DNA from: Paraspadella gotoi
Lineage: Eukaryota > Animalia > Chaetognatha
Direction of reading: 5' to 3'
DNA: 64,000 nt
NCBI GenBank assembly: GCA_051294375.1
Contig: CM119268.1
Coordinates: 12,275,524-12,339,523 of the forward strand
The notes under the pieces were generated by a model. It worked only from the letters and a program-made list of their open reading frames with translations, was not told where the DNA came from and searched no databases. A program made the position numbers and the translations under genes. Position 1 is the first letter of the stretch. Each line of letters begins with the position of its first letter. Positions 16,302 to 29,300 of the stretch are shown here, one piece after another.

Positions 16302-17468
16302 TATACATACAATATTAAGATCAAATAGAATCAAAATTCGAAATAGTAGATTCACAAACATTTTTAAAATAAAAAACATAATTTATTTTCAATTTTCGCA
16401 TACGCCATATTTAATACATAGTATCTCACTAAGGCGTAGTGAAAGTTCATACGAAGATTCTAAAAGTCATTATGAACAACATAACCATCAGTGAACATTA
16501 ATTTGTAAAAAAAATTAATTTTATGTTTGTAATTTTCGCAGTAGGCTAATTTATATATAGTACTATCCATAAAATTGAAAATTTTAAAATAGGGCTTTTC
16601 TTAATTTTGATTGCAAGATTTGATTTCCTCGTCAAAAGTTGATAACAAGAAAATATAAATCATTTTTAAAAAATTCCTTTCATTAAGTGGTTACAAAATT
16701 TAAAACTATAATTAATATATAAAAAGTTAATTTTCACTTCAAAAATATAGCTTTTTTCCTAATTTTTGACCCATCTTAATGAAGGAATTTTTTCAACAAA
16801 GAGTTAATATTTCAATCCAAATCTGCAAAAAAAAATCTTAGAAATTTAATCTTTTGAAATTTTTAACATTTATTGGTTTAGTTACTAGTAATAAATATGG
16901 CTACTGCGTAATTGTAAAATTATTCTAAATTTTTTGTAGTTACATAAATGTTTCATTAGTATAGTGTTGTTCCCATTCCTCACTTTTAGAAATTTTAATT
17001 AAAGTTAAAATTTATATCGCACCATAAAAAATGTCAAAATTTTAAATGGTTTTTTTCTTATTTTTAAAGGCAGATTCGAATTCCTCATGAAAAGTTGATA
17101 AAAGGAATATAAACTCTTTTAAGAAAATTATTTTATTAAGTGGATCAAAATCCTAAAAAACTATATTATGTTACTTAGTATAAAAATAATAGATTTTAAA
17201 TTTTTGGCTAACTTAATGAAAACTTTTTTTGATTAAGACTTTTATCAACTTTAATGAGGAATTCGAAGCTGCTTTTCAAAACTAAGAAAACATTTTTTAA
17301 ATTTTTAACTTTTCTATGGTAAGTATCTATGTTATAAATATGGGCGTAAGCGAAAATTGAAAAATTTATACGAAATTATTTATATATCAATGTCCTTTAG
17401 TCCAAGAACCTGTTTCCATGATTAATTTCGAAATTTTGATCTGCACTTTATTACGCCTTACATACATA
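16302..17468. mobile_element. Nested foldback element pair, block A copy 1 (noisier)
   Basis: Same arrangement as 25210-26369. The inner direct repeats read TAGTATCTCAC (~16419) and a degraded TATATCGCAC (~17013). Confidence 0.65.
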
Positions 17469-17565
17469 ATAATATATATATATATATTCTCATTGATTTC
17501 GTCAACTTTTTTCTTTTTTTTTCTTTCTCTCTTTTCTCAACTGCTTCCATGTGTTTCCATTTATG

Positions 17566-17641
<76 letters not shown>

Positions 17642-17861
17642 GAGAGAGAGAAAGAGGGAGAGAGCACAAGGGGTTTGGAGGTAGAACAGAGAGGGATAGG
17701 TGGGTAGAGAGAGAGGAAAAAGAATCGCGGGGGGTCATAAAACCAATTTGTCATCCAATGGCGCAATTTCAAGGCGAATCTAAACCCGACAAATTCCGCA
17801 TCCATCCGCGACATTACCGTCGGAGGGAGAACCGAATTTCAATCTCTGCTCTCTCTCTCTC

Positions 17862-17924
<63 letters not shown>

Positions 17925-18523
17925 CCATTTTTTCTCGCCGCTCAATTTTTTCCATCACTCGTTCTCTACCGACACACCCTCTTTCTCCTCTTTTTTTTTT
18001 TTGTGCCAAAGGTGGGGGGGTTTAAAAAAAGATGGTGGTTGACCGAGAAAAAAAGGGCGAGCGGCTCCATATGCTCTTTGGCGTTTTCGCTCCTGGTGTA
18101 GATCTTTGGCAGACCCAGGACGTCAATTATTTATTATTTAAAGCTGATGCTGCGCTAATTTAGAATTTTTTCGCTTTTGAAGGATCGCGAGAGAGAACTA
18201 CGACGTGATGCGGTGCCGAGAACGCGATTCATTTTTGGATGATTTCCGATGTTGACCCTTGATTAGATGATTTTTCTTTCACTTTACTTTTGTAAATGTC
18301 TAAAATCATTGCGGCCATGATTGCGAGGAAAGTGTTACCTATTTGTGCGACTGAGAGGCCGAAAGACTGAATGTAGGTATATAGTTTAGGTAATGTTCAA
18401 CTTTCCTTAAGTAAAATACCGTCATATCATTTTGCTCCTGAATAATTTAAATAAGAATTCATACAATCAAAATTAAATGATCTTTGCCATTTTTAAATTA
18501 AACTATGAATAATCAAGAGAGAG

Positions 18524-18572
<49 letters not shown>

Positions 18573-18670
18573 GAGATTGAAACGAATATAATGGTTACTG
18601 ATGATTAAATATTTGGGACTCCTTCCTTCAGGAAAACGTAAGAAAAGTAGGTAAAGGGACAAATTTACGT

Positions 18671-18796
18671 TTTCTTTCACTTTCCCACTTTCCTCCTTTC
18701 TTCCCATTTTTCCTCATTTCCTCATTCTCTCACCGTTTTTTTTCCACCCATTTTCTCCCATTCTTTTCATATTTTTTTTTCTGCTTCTTCTTATCC
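18671..18796 (+). repeat. Short forward copy of 10965-11090 at the A / inverted-B junction
   Basis: TTCCCATTTTTCCTCATTTCCTCATTCTCTCACCGTTTT...CTGCTTCTTCTTATCC is shared with 10965-11090, and is inverted relative to ~19298-19420. Confidence 0.9.
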
Positions 18797-18800
18797 CTAT

Positions 18801-19036
18801 TGAAAGAAAAGCAGGATTTTCGACTATTTGTAGTTACGGTGCGCGTGACTCTCTCTCTGTGTGTGTGAGTGAGAGAGAGAGAGAGAAAAGAGAAATCAAC
18901 GAAAGGAGAAAATGAAACCGACCTCTTCGCCTTATTAGGAAAACAGAAAAAAAAAGGGCGCAGAAGATAGAAGGAGAGAAAGAGAGAGGGCAAGGCGAGA
19001 AGCATGCTGAGAAAGATGAGAGAGAGAAGAGTAGGG

Positions 19037-19070
<34 letters not shown>

Positions 19071-20227
19071 AGAGAGATAGCCGGGATTGAGCGGGTTGGC
19101 ATATATTGGCGAGGCCGAGTGTGACCATTTCAACTGGTCGAGATGAAACTAAAAGAGTTGACGTTACCGAAAAAAAAAAAACGAAGGATAGCAGATGGGT
19201 GGGAGGGAGTTGAACATAGGGGCCCTGAGGCGGGCGGTTGGGGGGCGGTTAAAAGAAGGGGTGGCTCGGGTGGGTGAGTGAGGCACTGGGCAAATGCGGA
19301 TAAGAAGAAGCAGAAAAAAAAAAATATGAAAAGAAGTGAGGAGAAAATGGGTTGGAAAAAAAAACGGTGAGAGAATGAGGAAATGAGGAAAAATGGGAAG
19401 AAAGAGGAAAGTGCGGGAAATGAAAAAAAAAAAACTGAGGAAATGAGAGAAAAAAAAGAAAATGGCCGCTACTTGAGTAATTCGTCGCATTCGAGCGGCA
19501 AAAAAAAAAAAGTCTTTATCGAAACATTCAGGAGGAGAAGGGGGGGTGGGAAGCCATTTCCCTCGCAACGAACGCCTGCGATCGAATCTCTCGTCTCCTC
19601 CCGTACAGTAGCTTCGCCTTTCGAGGATCACTTCTCACGTTTTCCTTTTCTCACGCCCTTCATTTTGTCCACTTCTCAAAACAATTTTGGGTTATTCTTA
19701 AGTATTTTACCCTCACACTGGTCCGGTTGTTCGCGATCAAAATTTCTATTATTTTAGCCTTTTCTCACTTTTCATCAATCTCTTCGGTCACAATCTCTGC
19801 TTAAAAACGAAGTCGTGATTTCATTTAAAAAAAAAAATAAATCGATACCTCATTGCATCAATTTAAGAAATAACTGCAAAATTAATCAGTGCGATTTTAT
19901 TTCATCAGAGACTTCTCCAGCATAAAAACGCAAACCCATCACTTAACTCTATGATAGCCCTCACTCCATCATTCATTTCCTCACTTTATCATCATTGATC
20001 TCTTTTGTTCATCAAGGTTCCGCGAGGCGATTGACTTGGCAGTTTGGCACGAACGGCACGTTTCTCGTCTTTTATTCCCGACACGTCACTCTGATCCCGA
20101 AGCGGGTTCGGCAGCGGTTTCGGAGAGCGCTGATGCCGCAGCCTTTTTTTTCCTTCACTCCATTCACTCCTAAACCTCTTCACCTAATCTATGTTCACCG
20201 CCAGAATCTTCACGTGTAGGTGTCATT

Positions 20228-20270
<43 letters not shown>

Positions 20271-20683
20271 AGAGCAGAAGGAAAAGAAAAGAGAGAGAGG
20301 AACGATGAGGAGAGAGAGAAGAGAGGAGAGAGAGAGATGAGAAGAAGAGAGACGAGAGAGAGAGAGCTCTAAAGGACGCCGAAGAAAAGAGGAGAATTGT
20401 CAAGGGGTAGGAGTGGAGGGAAAGAAAGATGGGTGAAAGAGGGGAAAGCTTGTATCGAATATATACATTATATATACATTGAATGAGTTATTCAATCATA
20501 AGAATTAAAATTTAGAAAAAAGAAAATTAAAAGCATAGTTGAATGGGTAGACAAATAAAACTCGAAATGGAGGGAGAAAAAAGTGAGCTGTGCTAAACAG
20601 GAAAGCGAAAGGAGAAAAATAATTAATTGAAGGAAGAAGGAAAAGTCAAAAAAGAAAAAAAGAAAGTAAGAAAACAGAAAGAA
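18801..20683 (-). repeat. Block B, inverted copy
   Basis: 18801-19539 is the same length as the reverse complement of 10849-11587 and appears identical to it. 19540-20683 is an indel-rich reverse complement of ~9731-10823. It ends just before the 25-N gap. Confidence 0.95.
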
Positions 20684-23600
20684 TCTCTCTCTTTTNNNNN
20701 NNNNNNNNNNNNNNNNNNNNTCTTTGATGTAGTAGACGATCTTTCTCTCACAGATGGTTCTTCCCTAAAGTTCGCCTGCCAATCACCCTCTGCTTCCTGA
20801 CATGATTAACGCTGCTGTAAGAGCATGGAGCAGAACTTGATCAACATATTATATATGTCAGTTTGGATGCGCAGGCGACTAAAACCATCATAATTCATAT
20901 TAAGAGCATAATATACATATATAAACAGAATATCTCTACGAAATTGGTACAACCAATATAAAATTATCGATTCATTCAATAAATAAGCCATCTTGCCCCT
21001 GACTTTGGACAGGCTTTGGTGGTTTAAGGCCTCCATCACTCTTACAAGATAATGACATAGCAGGTCCCTGCAAGCTTTCAATCAAGACTCTCTCACAGAC
21101 TCGTTTATTCATTCCCAAAGTACCTGGCTTCCCAATTAACGAAGTGGTATAATATTTTAAAGAATATTTTAATTGTATAAAATAAAAACTTTTTTGGAAC
21201 TTAGATTCATGGTAACTTTTTTTAAAGTTAAAATTGAAAACAAACCTCAGTCTGATGAGAAGATTAATTTCTTTTCTTTGAGCACGAAATTCAATCTTCC
21301 TCCTTTACTATCTCCTCCTTTGCTCTTTTCTTTTTCTTCGCTCTCTCCCCTACTTTCTCCCCCTTTGCACTTTCTCTGCTTTCTTTCTTCCTCTTTGCTC
21401 TCTGCCCGTTTCACTGGCCATTTTACCGTCGCTCTATCACTCAATCTTGGCTCTCTCCCTCTTCGCTCACTCCTTCTTCGCTTTATCTCTCACTATATCT
21501 TTGCTCTTTTCTCCTATGCTGACTCTCTCTCACTCCCTCATTGCTCTCTCCTTCTTCGCTTCATCTCTCACTTTTGTCTTTGCTCTTTCCTCGTCCGCCG
21601 TCTCTCTCTCGCTCTAACTTTGCTCTCTCCCTCATTGCTCTCTCCCCCTTTGCTCTCTCCGTCGCGTCGAAGGCGAGAGGAGGCGACGTCACCTCGCGAC
21701 GGCGAAGTGCGGAAGATGAATGGAAGAGGTTGAAGAAACAGCGGGGGTGACGAGAGTGTTGGGGGTGGTGGTTGGTGTGTTGGGGGAAGGGGTGGAGTTG
21801 CGACGGAGAGGTTTGACTTTGAGGGTTGTGGAAGGGGTCTCTAGGGGGAAGGGGCGATGGAGTGGACGGTGGTTTGGTAAAAGAAAGTAAAACCGGAAAT
21901 GAAGAAAAATGGGATGAAAGAGAAATTAGTGAGAGGACTTTGGATTGTCGTTGAGTAAAGGTGTTTTTTTTTAGGAAAACCAGTAAATGCGAAACAAACT
22001 GAACGAGCTGTTGCTGTTGTCGCGGAGATGACGTTCGCTGAGCCAAAGATTAAACGGCGCTCGCAGTTTGATTAAAACGGAAGCCGCGATATTCCGTCCA
22101 TCGCTTTTCTACTCTCCGCTTTTCACTCGCAATTTATGGTGAAAAAGTTCGAATTTTCATGAGGAAGAAAAAAAAAATTCAAATCATTTATTTTCTCTCT
22201 CGACGAAGCAACTTAATTTTCTACGCGCATCATTGCTCGAATGGAAAATTTCAAAAGCTTCCCCCCCCGTTTCTTACTCCTTTTTTTTCCCTTCTCTTTC
22301 TCTCTCCTTTTTAATTTGCACCTTTCGGTTGCTAATGCGATCTTTCTTTCTCCCTGTGAGAAAAGAATGTTGCTTTTTCCAAAAACAAATCCACATAAGG
22401 ATTAAATACCCGGTGAAAAAAAAAGGGAGAGAGAGAGAGAGAGAGATAAAGGGTGAAGGAAAAGAGAGGGAGTCAGAGGACAGAAAAAAAAAGATAGAGA
22501 TAGAGCGCGAGATTCATTTTCATTCACTCACATGCAGCTGTTAGCTGCGAGGTCTTTGTTACAAAAGAATCTAATGGGATAATTTTTTTTCTCTCATTTT
22601 TTTTTTCAATTTTTTTTTTTCATCAGATTTTTTGAAGAAGAAAAACGAGAAACTAAGAAGTCGTACGAATTCTTCATTTTTCTTTTTTCCTTTTTTTTTC
22701 CTTTTTTCGTACAAATTCTTCATTTTTCTTTTTTCCTTTTTTTCATTTTTTTTGTACAAATTCTTCATTTTTCTTTTTCCTCTTTTTCCTTTTTTTTGGT
22801 ATGAATTCTTCATTTTTCTTTTTTCTTTTTTTTCCTTTTTTCGTACGAATTCTTCATTATTTTTTCTCCTTTTTTTTTCTTTTTTTCGTACGAATTCTTC
22901 ATTTTTCTTTTTTTCCATTTTTCGTTTTCGTTTTCGTTTTTTTGACACCGTCAAAGTTTCTCGGTCTCCCTGCGCTATTTTCGTCTGCTGTTAAGTTTTT
23001 CTTTTTTTCTTTCCGTTTCTGCTTTTTGATTTTTTTTTTTTTTTTTAGTCGACTGCGACAAAACGGGTTTTTATTGGGAAATGGTTTTGGGTTCCTTTCG
23101 ACCAATAGATGGCGTCTTGCGTCTCACTTCCGTTTTCCATTTTGTTATCGGAAAAGAGTTTTATTTCTACAGTAGCCAATTTATTTTTTTTTTTTTTTTT
23201 ATGAGGTGGACCACTGTTTTAAATGTTCTTTAGTTTTCAATATAGAAGATATTGATTTCAAGCGGTTTTTGAAGGTCATAATCTTAATTGCAGAGGAAAG
23301 ATTAAAAGCGAAAGTTGGGGTCAAAAACAGATCGACCGGCCAAGGATGAATTGGTAAAATACGGCTGGTTCGGATTAATAAGGATTGAGTGAACTCAATA
23401 ATTGAGGTCATGCGTGGGCCCCAAGTACTAAAATGAAAAAAAGCTGCGTTGGGCTTCATTTATAATCACATCTCGAAAGACTTATTCTCAATGAGAAAAT
23501 TCTTAAGACATAAATTTATAAAAAATATCCATAAGTAGAAAGTTGTAAATGATAATTTAACGTTGCCCGCTTCCTCGATTTAAAAAAAATGATCTATATT

Positions 23601-25219
23601 TTCAGTCAGTTTTAAGTTCCTTATTCCTTCATAAGGACGAACGGACTCCTTGTGGCCGGACCGACCCTTGAACACCACTACCACTTACCCTCTTCCACAT
23701 CCCCAAACGAATCCAAGACGGCGATTCGGATTTAGCCTCTCACTTCACCTCATTCATAAAAATGTGTTAATGCCCTTGAATTGAAACAAGGAGCAGACTC
23801 TCGAGGGAAAAAGGGGCCCAACGGGATGGGGGGGGTAAGATAATGAAAGAAGGGGGGAGAGAGGGAGGGTGGGGGAGGGTGAGGGCAAAGAAGATGAGAC
23901 GTTGGAAGATTGCTGGCGGAATGGTTCCATTCGGAGTCGGAGGATAGAAGTGGAATGGCGGAAAACGGTTGCAGGAAAAAGATTCTAACGAGGATTGTGG
24001 TTTGTGGAATGAGTGGAAAAGAGATAACGATTAGAATAGGAGGCTCATAATTTTGAGAAATGTTTTAGAAATGGTCAAAAAATATAGTTGGAGGGAAATT
24101 ACAAGTGGAAAATTGTTCGGCAAATATGGATCTAGGAAGTTGAGTAAAAAATTTGTTTAAAATAAAATAAATTACGAATCAGTTAATCAGAAAATAAAAA
24201 TAAAATAAAATAAAAATCAGTTGAATAAAAAATAAAAAATAAATTGTTTGCAACCAAAAAAAAAAAGAAAAATTGAGGAAAAAATGAAGAAAGAGGAAAG
24301 TTAAAAGGCGGAAGAAAATGATTGGAGAACAAAAATGATTTGGGAAAGACTTTGCGAGGAACAGAGATGATGAGAGAATCGATGATGGAAAACTTTTCTC
24401 ACGAAGAAACTCGTGATTTAAGGTACGAAAGTTCACAGATGGCGGAAGGGGTGAAGATCGATTTTGAAAGTTAAGGGAGGAAAGAGAAGAGAAAATCGTG
24501 TGAGTCGAAAGTAAGAAGTCGAGCTTCGTTCAATCGCAAATAATTCCCGCTTCGTGATTCGCGAAAACGTAAACATTTTTTTTCGCATTTGCTTCGCTCA
24601 AAAATCTCCTAGTAAATCCCGAAATTTTTTTTCGAGAGTTTCGATGGCAAAATACGTGCGCGCGTAAATTCTCTTCAAAATATACTCTCCTTTTAATTTG
24701 TTTGTTGTAGCTTTAGTGGCGTCGTTGGAGCTGTTATCGCTGGAAATAGCCAAGAAGTTGGCACGTATCGAGGTTCTAAAGAGTGACGGACGAACAGAGC
24801 AGACAGGCAGACCGACTGACTGACTGGTAGACGGATAGACAGATCGAAAGACCAAAAACGTTTCTCGTTTGAGTCACAAGTTGCGAATCAAAAAAAAAAA
24901 AAAAGAGCAAAGGCAACCGACGAGTCAGTCAACCGAAAAGTAAGTAAAGTCAAGAAAAAAGCGGAAAGCGAAAAAAAAAGGTTCAGCCCATGTATTTTTA
25001 AAGTGAATCGGAATCAGCCCCAACCCAGTTTCTCTCTCTTTTTTCTTCTTCTTTTTTTTGCGGTGAAGTGCATCAGTCTAGACTATTTTTGCGTGTGGCT
25101 TCTGTATATTTTATCTGTATATTTTACAGATTTCCCGGCTCGTATAAGAATGATTACTTTAAAGGAATTATATTAAGAGTCAGTTTCGACTTCATTTCGA
25201 AAATATACTTATACATACA

Positions 25220-26359
25220 AAATATTAAGATCAAATAGAATCAAAATTCGAATAGTAGATCACAAACATTTTTAAATAAAAAAAAATAATTTTTATTTTT
25301 CAATTTTCGCATACGCCCATATTTATACATAGTACTCACTAAGGCGTAGTGAAAGTTACATACGAAGATTCTAAAAGTCAATTATGAACAACATACCATC
25401 AGTGAACATTAATTTGTAAAAAAAATTAATTTTATGTTTGTTAATTTTCGCAGTAGGCTATATTTATATATAGTACTATCCTTATAAAATTGAAAAATTT
25501 TAAAATAGGCTTTTCTTAATTTTGATTGCAGATTTGAATTCCTCGTCAAAAGTTGATAAAAGAAAATATAAATCATTTTTAAAAATTCTTTCATTAAGTG
25601 GGTTAAAAATTTAAAAAACTATATTAATATATAAAAAGTTAATTTTCAACTTAAAATATAGCTTTTTCTAATTTTTGACCCACTTAATGAAGGAATTTTT
25701 CAAAAAGAGTTATATTTCAAATCCAAATCTGCAAAAAAATCTTAGAAATTTTAATCTTTTGAAATTTTAACATTTATTGGTTTAGTACTAGTATAAATAT
25801 GGCCTACTGCGTAAATTGTAAAATTTATTCTAAATTTTTTTATTACATAAATGTTCATTAGTATAGTGTTGTTCATTCCTCACTTTTAGAATTTTAATTA
25901 AAGTTAAATTTAGTACTCACCATAAAAAATGTCAAAATTTTAAAATGGTTTTTTTTCTTATTTTTAAAGGCAGATTCGAATTCCTCATGAAAAGTTGATA
26001 AAAGGAAATATAACTCTTTTAAGAAAATTATTTTATTAAGTGGATCAAAATCCTAAAAAACTATTATTATGTTACCTTAGTATAAAAAATATAGATTTTT
26101 AAATTTTTGGCTAACTTAATGAAACTTTTTTGATTAAGACTTTTATCAACTTTTAATGAGGAATTCGAAGCTGCTTTCAAAACTAAGAAAACATTTTTTT
26201 AAATTTTTAACATTTTCTATGGTAAGTACTATGTATAAATATGGGCGTAAGCGAAAATTGAAAAATTTTATACGAAATTATTTTATATATCAATGTTCTT
26301 TAGTCCAAGACTGTTCATGATTAACTATTCGAATTTTGATCTGCAACTTTCATTACGCC
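25220..26359. mobile_element. Outer AT-rich foldback/MITE-like element (~560 bp without the insert), interrupted by a related element
   Basis: The 41-bp inverted repeat 25296-25336 / 26225-26265 has one mismatch. The core GCAGATTCGAATTCCTCATGAAAAGTTGATAAAAG (~25970) pairs with CTTTTATCAACTTTTAATGAGGAATTCGAAGCTGC (~26140). It is flanked by direct TATACATACA at 25210-25219 and 26360-26369. Confidence 0.75.
25340..25910. mobile_element. Inner ~570-bp foldback element of the same family
   Basis: Flanked by direct TAGTACTCAC at 25330-25339 and 25911-25920. Internally palindromic (ATTCTAAAAGT..ATGAACAACA / TGTTGTTCAT..ACTTTTAGAAT; CGCAGTAGGC / GCCTACTGCG; TTCATTAAGTGGGT / ACCCACTTAATGAA). Carries the core variant GCAGATTTGAATTCCTCGTCAAAAGTTGATAAAAG. 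Confidence 0.75.
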
Positions 26360-26687
26360 TATACATACATATAATATATATATATATATTCTCATTGATT
26401 TCGTCAACTTTTTTCTTTTTTTTTTCTTTCTCTCTCTTTCTCAAACTGCTCCAGTGTTCCATTTATGATAAGAGAGAGAGAGAGAGAAAGAGGGAGAGAG
26501 CACAAGGGCGTTTGGAGGTAGACAGAGAGGGATAGGGTGGGTAGAGAGAGAGGGAAAAAGAATCGCGGGGGTCATAAAACCAATTTGTCATCCAATGGCG
26601 CAATTCAAGGCGAATCTAAACCCCACAAATTCCGCCATCATCCGCGACATTACCGATCGAGGGAGAACCGAATTTCAATCTTGCTCG

Positions 26688-26792
<105 letters not shown>

Positions 26793-27368
26793 CCATTTTT
26801 TCTCCCGCTCAATCTTTCCATCACTCGTTCTCTTAACGACACACCTCTTTCTCCTCTTTTTCTTTTCTGCCAACGAGTGGGCGCGGTGTTCAAAAAAGAT
26901 GGTGGTTGACGAGAGAAAAAAGGGCGAGCGGCTCCATATGCTCTTGGCGTTTTCGCTCCTGGTGTAGAATCTTTGGCAGACGCCAGGACGTCAATTATTT
27001 AATATTTAAAGGCTGATGCTGCTAATTTTAGAATTTTTTCGCTTGAAGGATTCGCGAGAGAGAACTACGACGTGATTGCGTCCGAGAACGCGATCTCATT
27101 TTTGGATGATTTTCGATGTTGACCCTTGATTAGATTTTTACTTCACTTTACTTTTGTAATAGTCTAAAATCATTCGCCATGATTCGAGAAAGTGTTACCT
27201 ATTTGTGACTGAGAGCGCGAAAGACTGAATGTAGGTATAAAGTTTAGGTAATGTTCAACTTTCCTTAAGTAAATACCGTCATATCATTTTCTCCTGAATA
27301 ATTTAATAAAGAATTCATACAATCAAAATTAAATGATCTTTGCCATTTTTAATTAAACTATGAATAAT

Positions 27369-27432
<64 letters not shown>

Positions 27433-28053
27433 GAGATTGAAACGAATATAATGGTTAACTGATGATTAAATATTTGGGACCCTTCCTTCAGGAAAAACGT
27501 AAGAAAAGTAGGTAAAAGGGACAAATTTACGTTTCTCTTATAAATAAACTAATTCGAAAATGAAGCGGCAGTAAAAGGATTGAGTTGGCCGGGAAGAGAT
27601 CCGGGGCCGGGTTGATTATAGAGACGAGGATAATTGAGAAACCATGATTACGGTGAGAGAGTGGATGGAACTGAATTAGAGTGAGAGAGAAGATGGCACC
27701 GAATTTCGTTCAACGAAAAAAAAAACGGAGAAAATGATGAGCCAGGAGTTTTTTCCCGTCATTATCGCGGGGACGAACGAGAAAGACGACGACGACGACG
27801 ACGAAGTGGAGGACGACGGTGACGACGACGATGACAACGAGCGCGATGGAAATGTCGACGAGAACGACGAAGAAGACGACGACGACGAAGACGAAGACGA
27901 TACAACCATCCCTTTTAATTTTCCTCCGTCCCAACGAAGCTTGATTCCTACTTTAAAAAGGGAACTCCGGAGAATACTTTGCGAAATTTTAAACAGAGAG
28001 AGGGAGTGGGAGAGAGAGAGAGAGAGAGAGAAAGAGAAAGAGAGAGAGAGAGT

Positions 28054-28104
<51 letters not shown>

Positions 28105-28883
28105 TGGGATCGGCAGACAAAACGAAAAAAAGCCGTCATAAATTTTCTTGTTTTTCGCCTTTTCTTTTTTAAATTTGAGATTCCTTTTTTTTTTCTTCTT
28201 TTTTTTCTAGTTTTCGCTTGATTAACGCTTTGATTCCACTGATTCCGTAGCCTCCCACGAAATGGTTAATTATCGCCCATGCCAGCTGGATAGAGAGAGA
28301 TGATGATGATGAGGATGATATTAAAGCTAGAAATGCCCTAGCTTAAATATGGCTCTGAGGGCAGTACTTTTTTTTTAAATGTTCAAAGATATTTCCAGCC
28401 ACACGAGCTGTCTTAGAGCATCAATAACGATAGAATTTGCCCGCCGCATTGATAGGCTACATAAGCTTAGGTACTGTATCCAAAACATAGCACATAGTAA
28501 TTTCTAAATGCAACAGGTTAATCATAACAGTGACATAATTGATTTATCACAAGTGTGACATCACGACGCGAAAAAGAGGAAGAGTTTCTATGACACGACG
28601 TGAGTTGAAGTGATGACGACTGTTAAGACGTTTTCAAGGTTTGAACTTGGATGACATTGGAATTTCTCCGGCAACGGCGAATTTTCTGTGGTATGACATG
28701 TTAGTGAAGTGTTATGGCATGCTATTTTCATCTCGCCTTCTTTCGATTGGGGTCTCGGCCAATTCTCGGAATACATTGATTACTATTAGTTATATCTTCG
28801 TATGTGTTAATTTTCTCCTGAACGATATTTACCGTTCTGTCCATATTCTGTCTGTCTATTCTGTCTGTGTAACGCAAACATTT

Positions 28884-29298
28884 TTAAGTGCTGACGACTG
28901 ACACTGGAGCTCCTAGAAGATTCAGCTCCACACTTACCGATAGATGTCGATGTAGCCTGTTGAAGACCACGAGGTTCGACTTATGAGCTGGGAGTTTAAG
29001 TCTCCATTTGCGGCACCATCTCTCCAGCACTTTGATCAGTGGCTCCATCCTAGGTTTCCTTTCCAGTGGGTCATTTGCCATCGTCCAGGCTGCCTGGTCG
29101 TCTGCGAACTGTGCCGGGTCGATTGCGCATGCTTTCTCAAAGACATCATCGGTGTGGACGTTGGAAAGGTCCGGGCTAATGATGCCCCCTAGTGGCGTTT
29201 CTGTGTTGATAGTTGATACTGAATGCTTTGGAGAATTCTTTCCCTTCATACATTCTGATTGCTATGTCTGTTATAAATCCGCTAATAATTCTTAAAAG
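28884..29298 (-). mobile_element. Decayed non-LTR retrotransposon (LINE) reverse transcriptase fragment
   Basis: Removing one copy of a 7-bp duplication at 29205-29218 gives LLRIISGFITDIAIRMYEGKEFSKAFSINTETPLGGIISPDLSNVHTDDVFEKACAIDPAQFADDQAAW...LERWCRKWRLKLPAHKSNLVVF. This fits the non-LTR RT pattern L...I.SFL.DR...G.PQG.ILSP.LFN.YT.D...(Y/F)ADD...W...W.L..N..K...F. PQG has decayed to PLG, LFN to LSN, and the frame ends at a stop at 28884. Confidence 0.85.
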
Positions 29299-29299
29299 T

Positions 29300-29300
<1 letters not shown>

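Noticed and set aside
20800-20840. SECIS-like ATGA...AA...GA spacing inside the stem-loop
   Set aside because: The helix next to the putative GA quartet does not pair, and no selenoprotein ORF is nearby.
27734-28141. Acidic Asp/Glu-rich 135-aa ORF
   Set aside because: Built from (GAC)n and (GA)n repeats that are common across the window; no domain or splice support.
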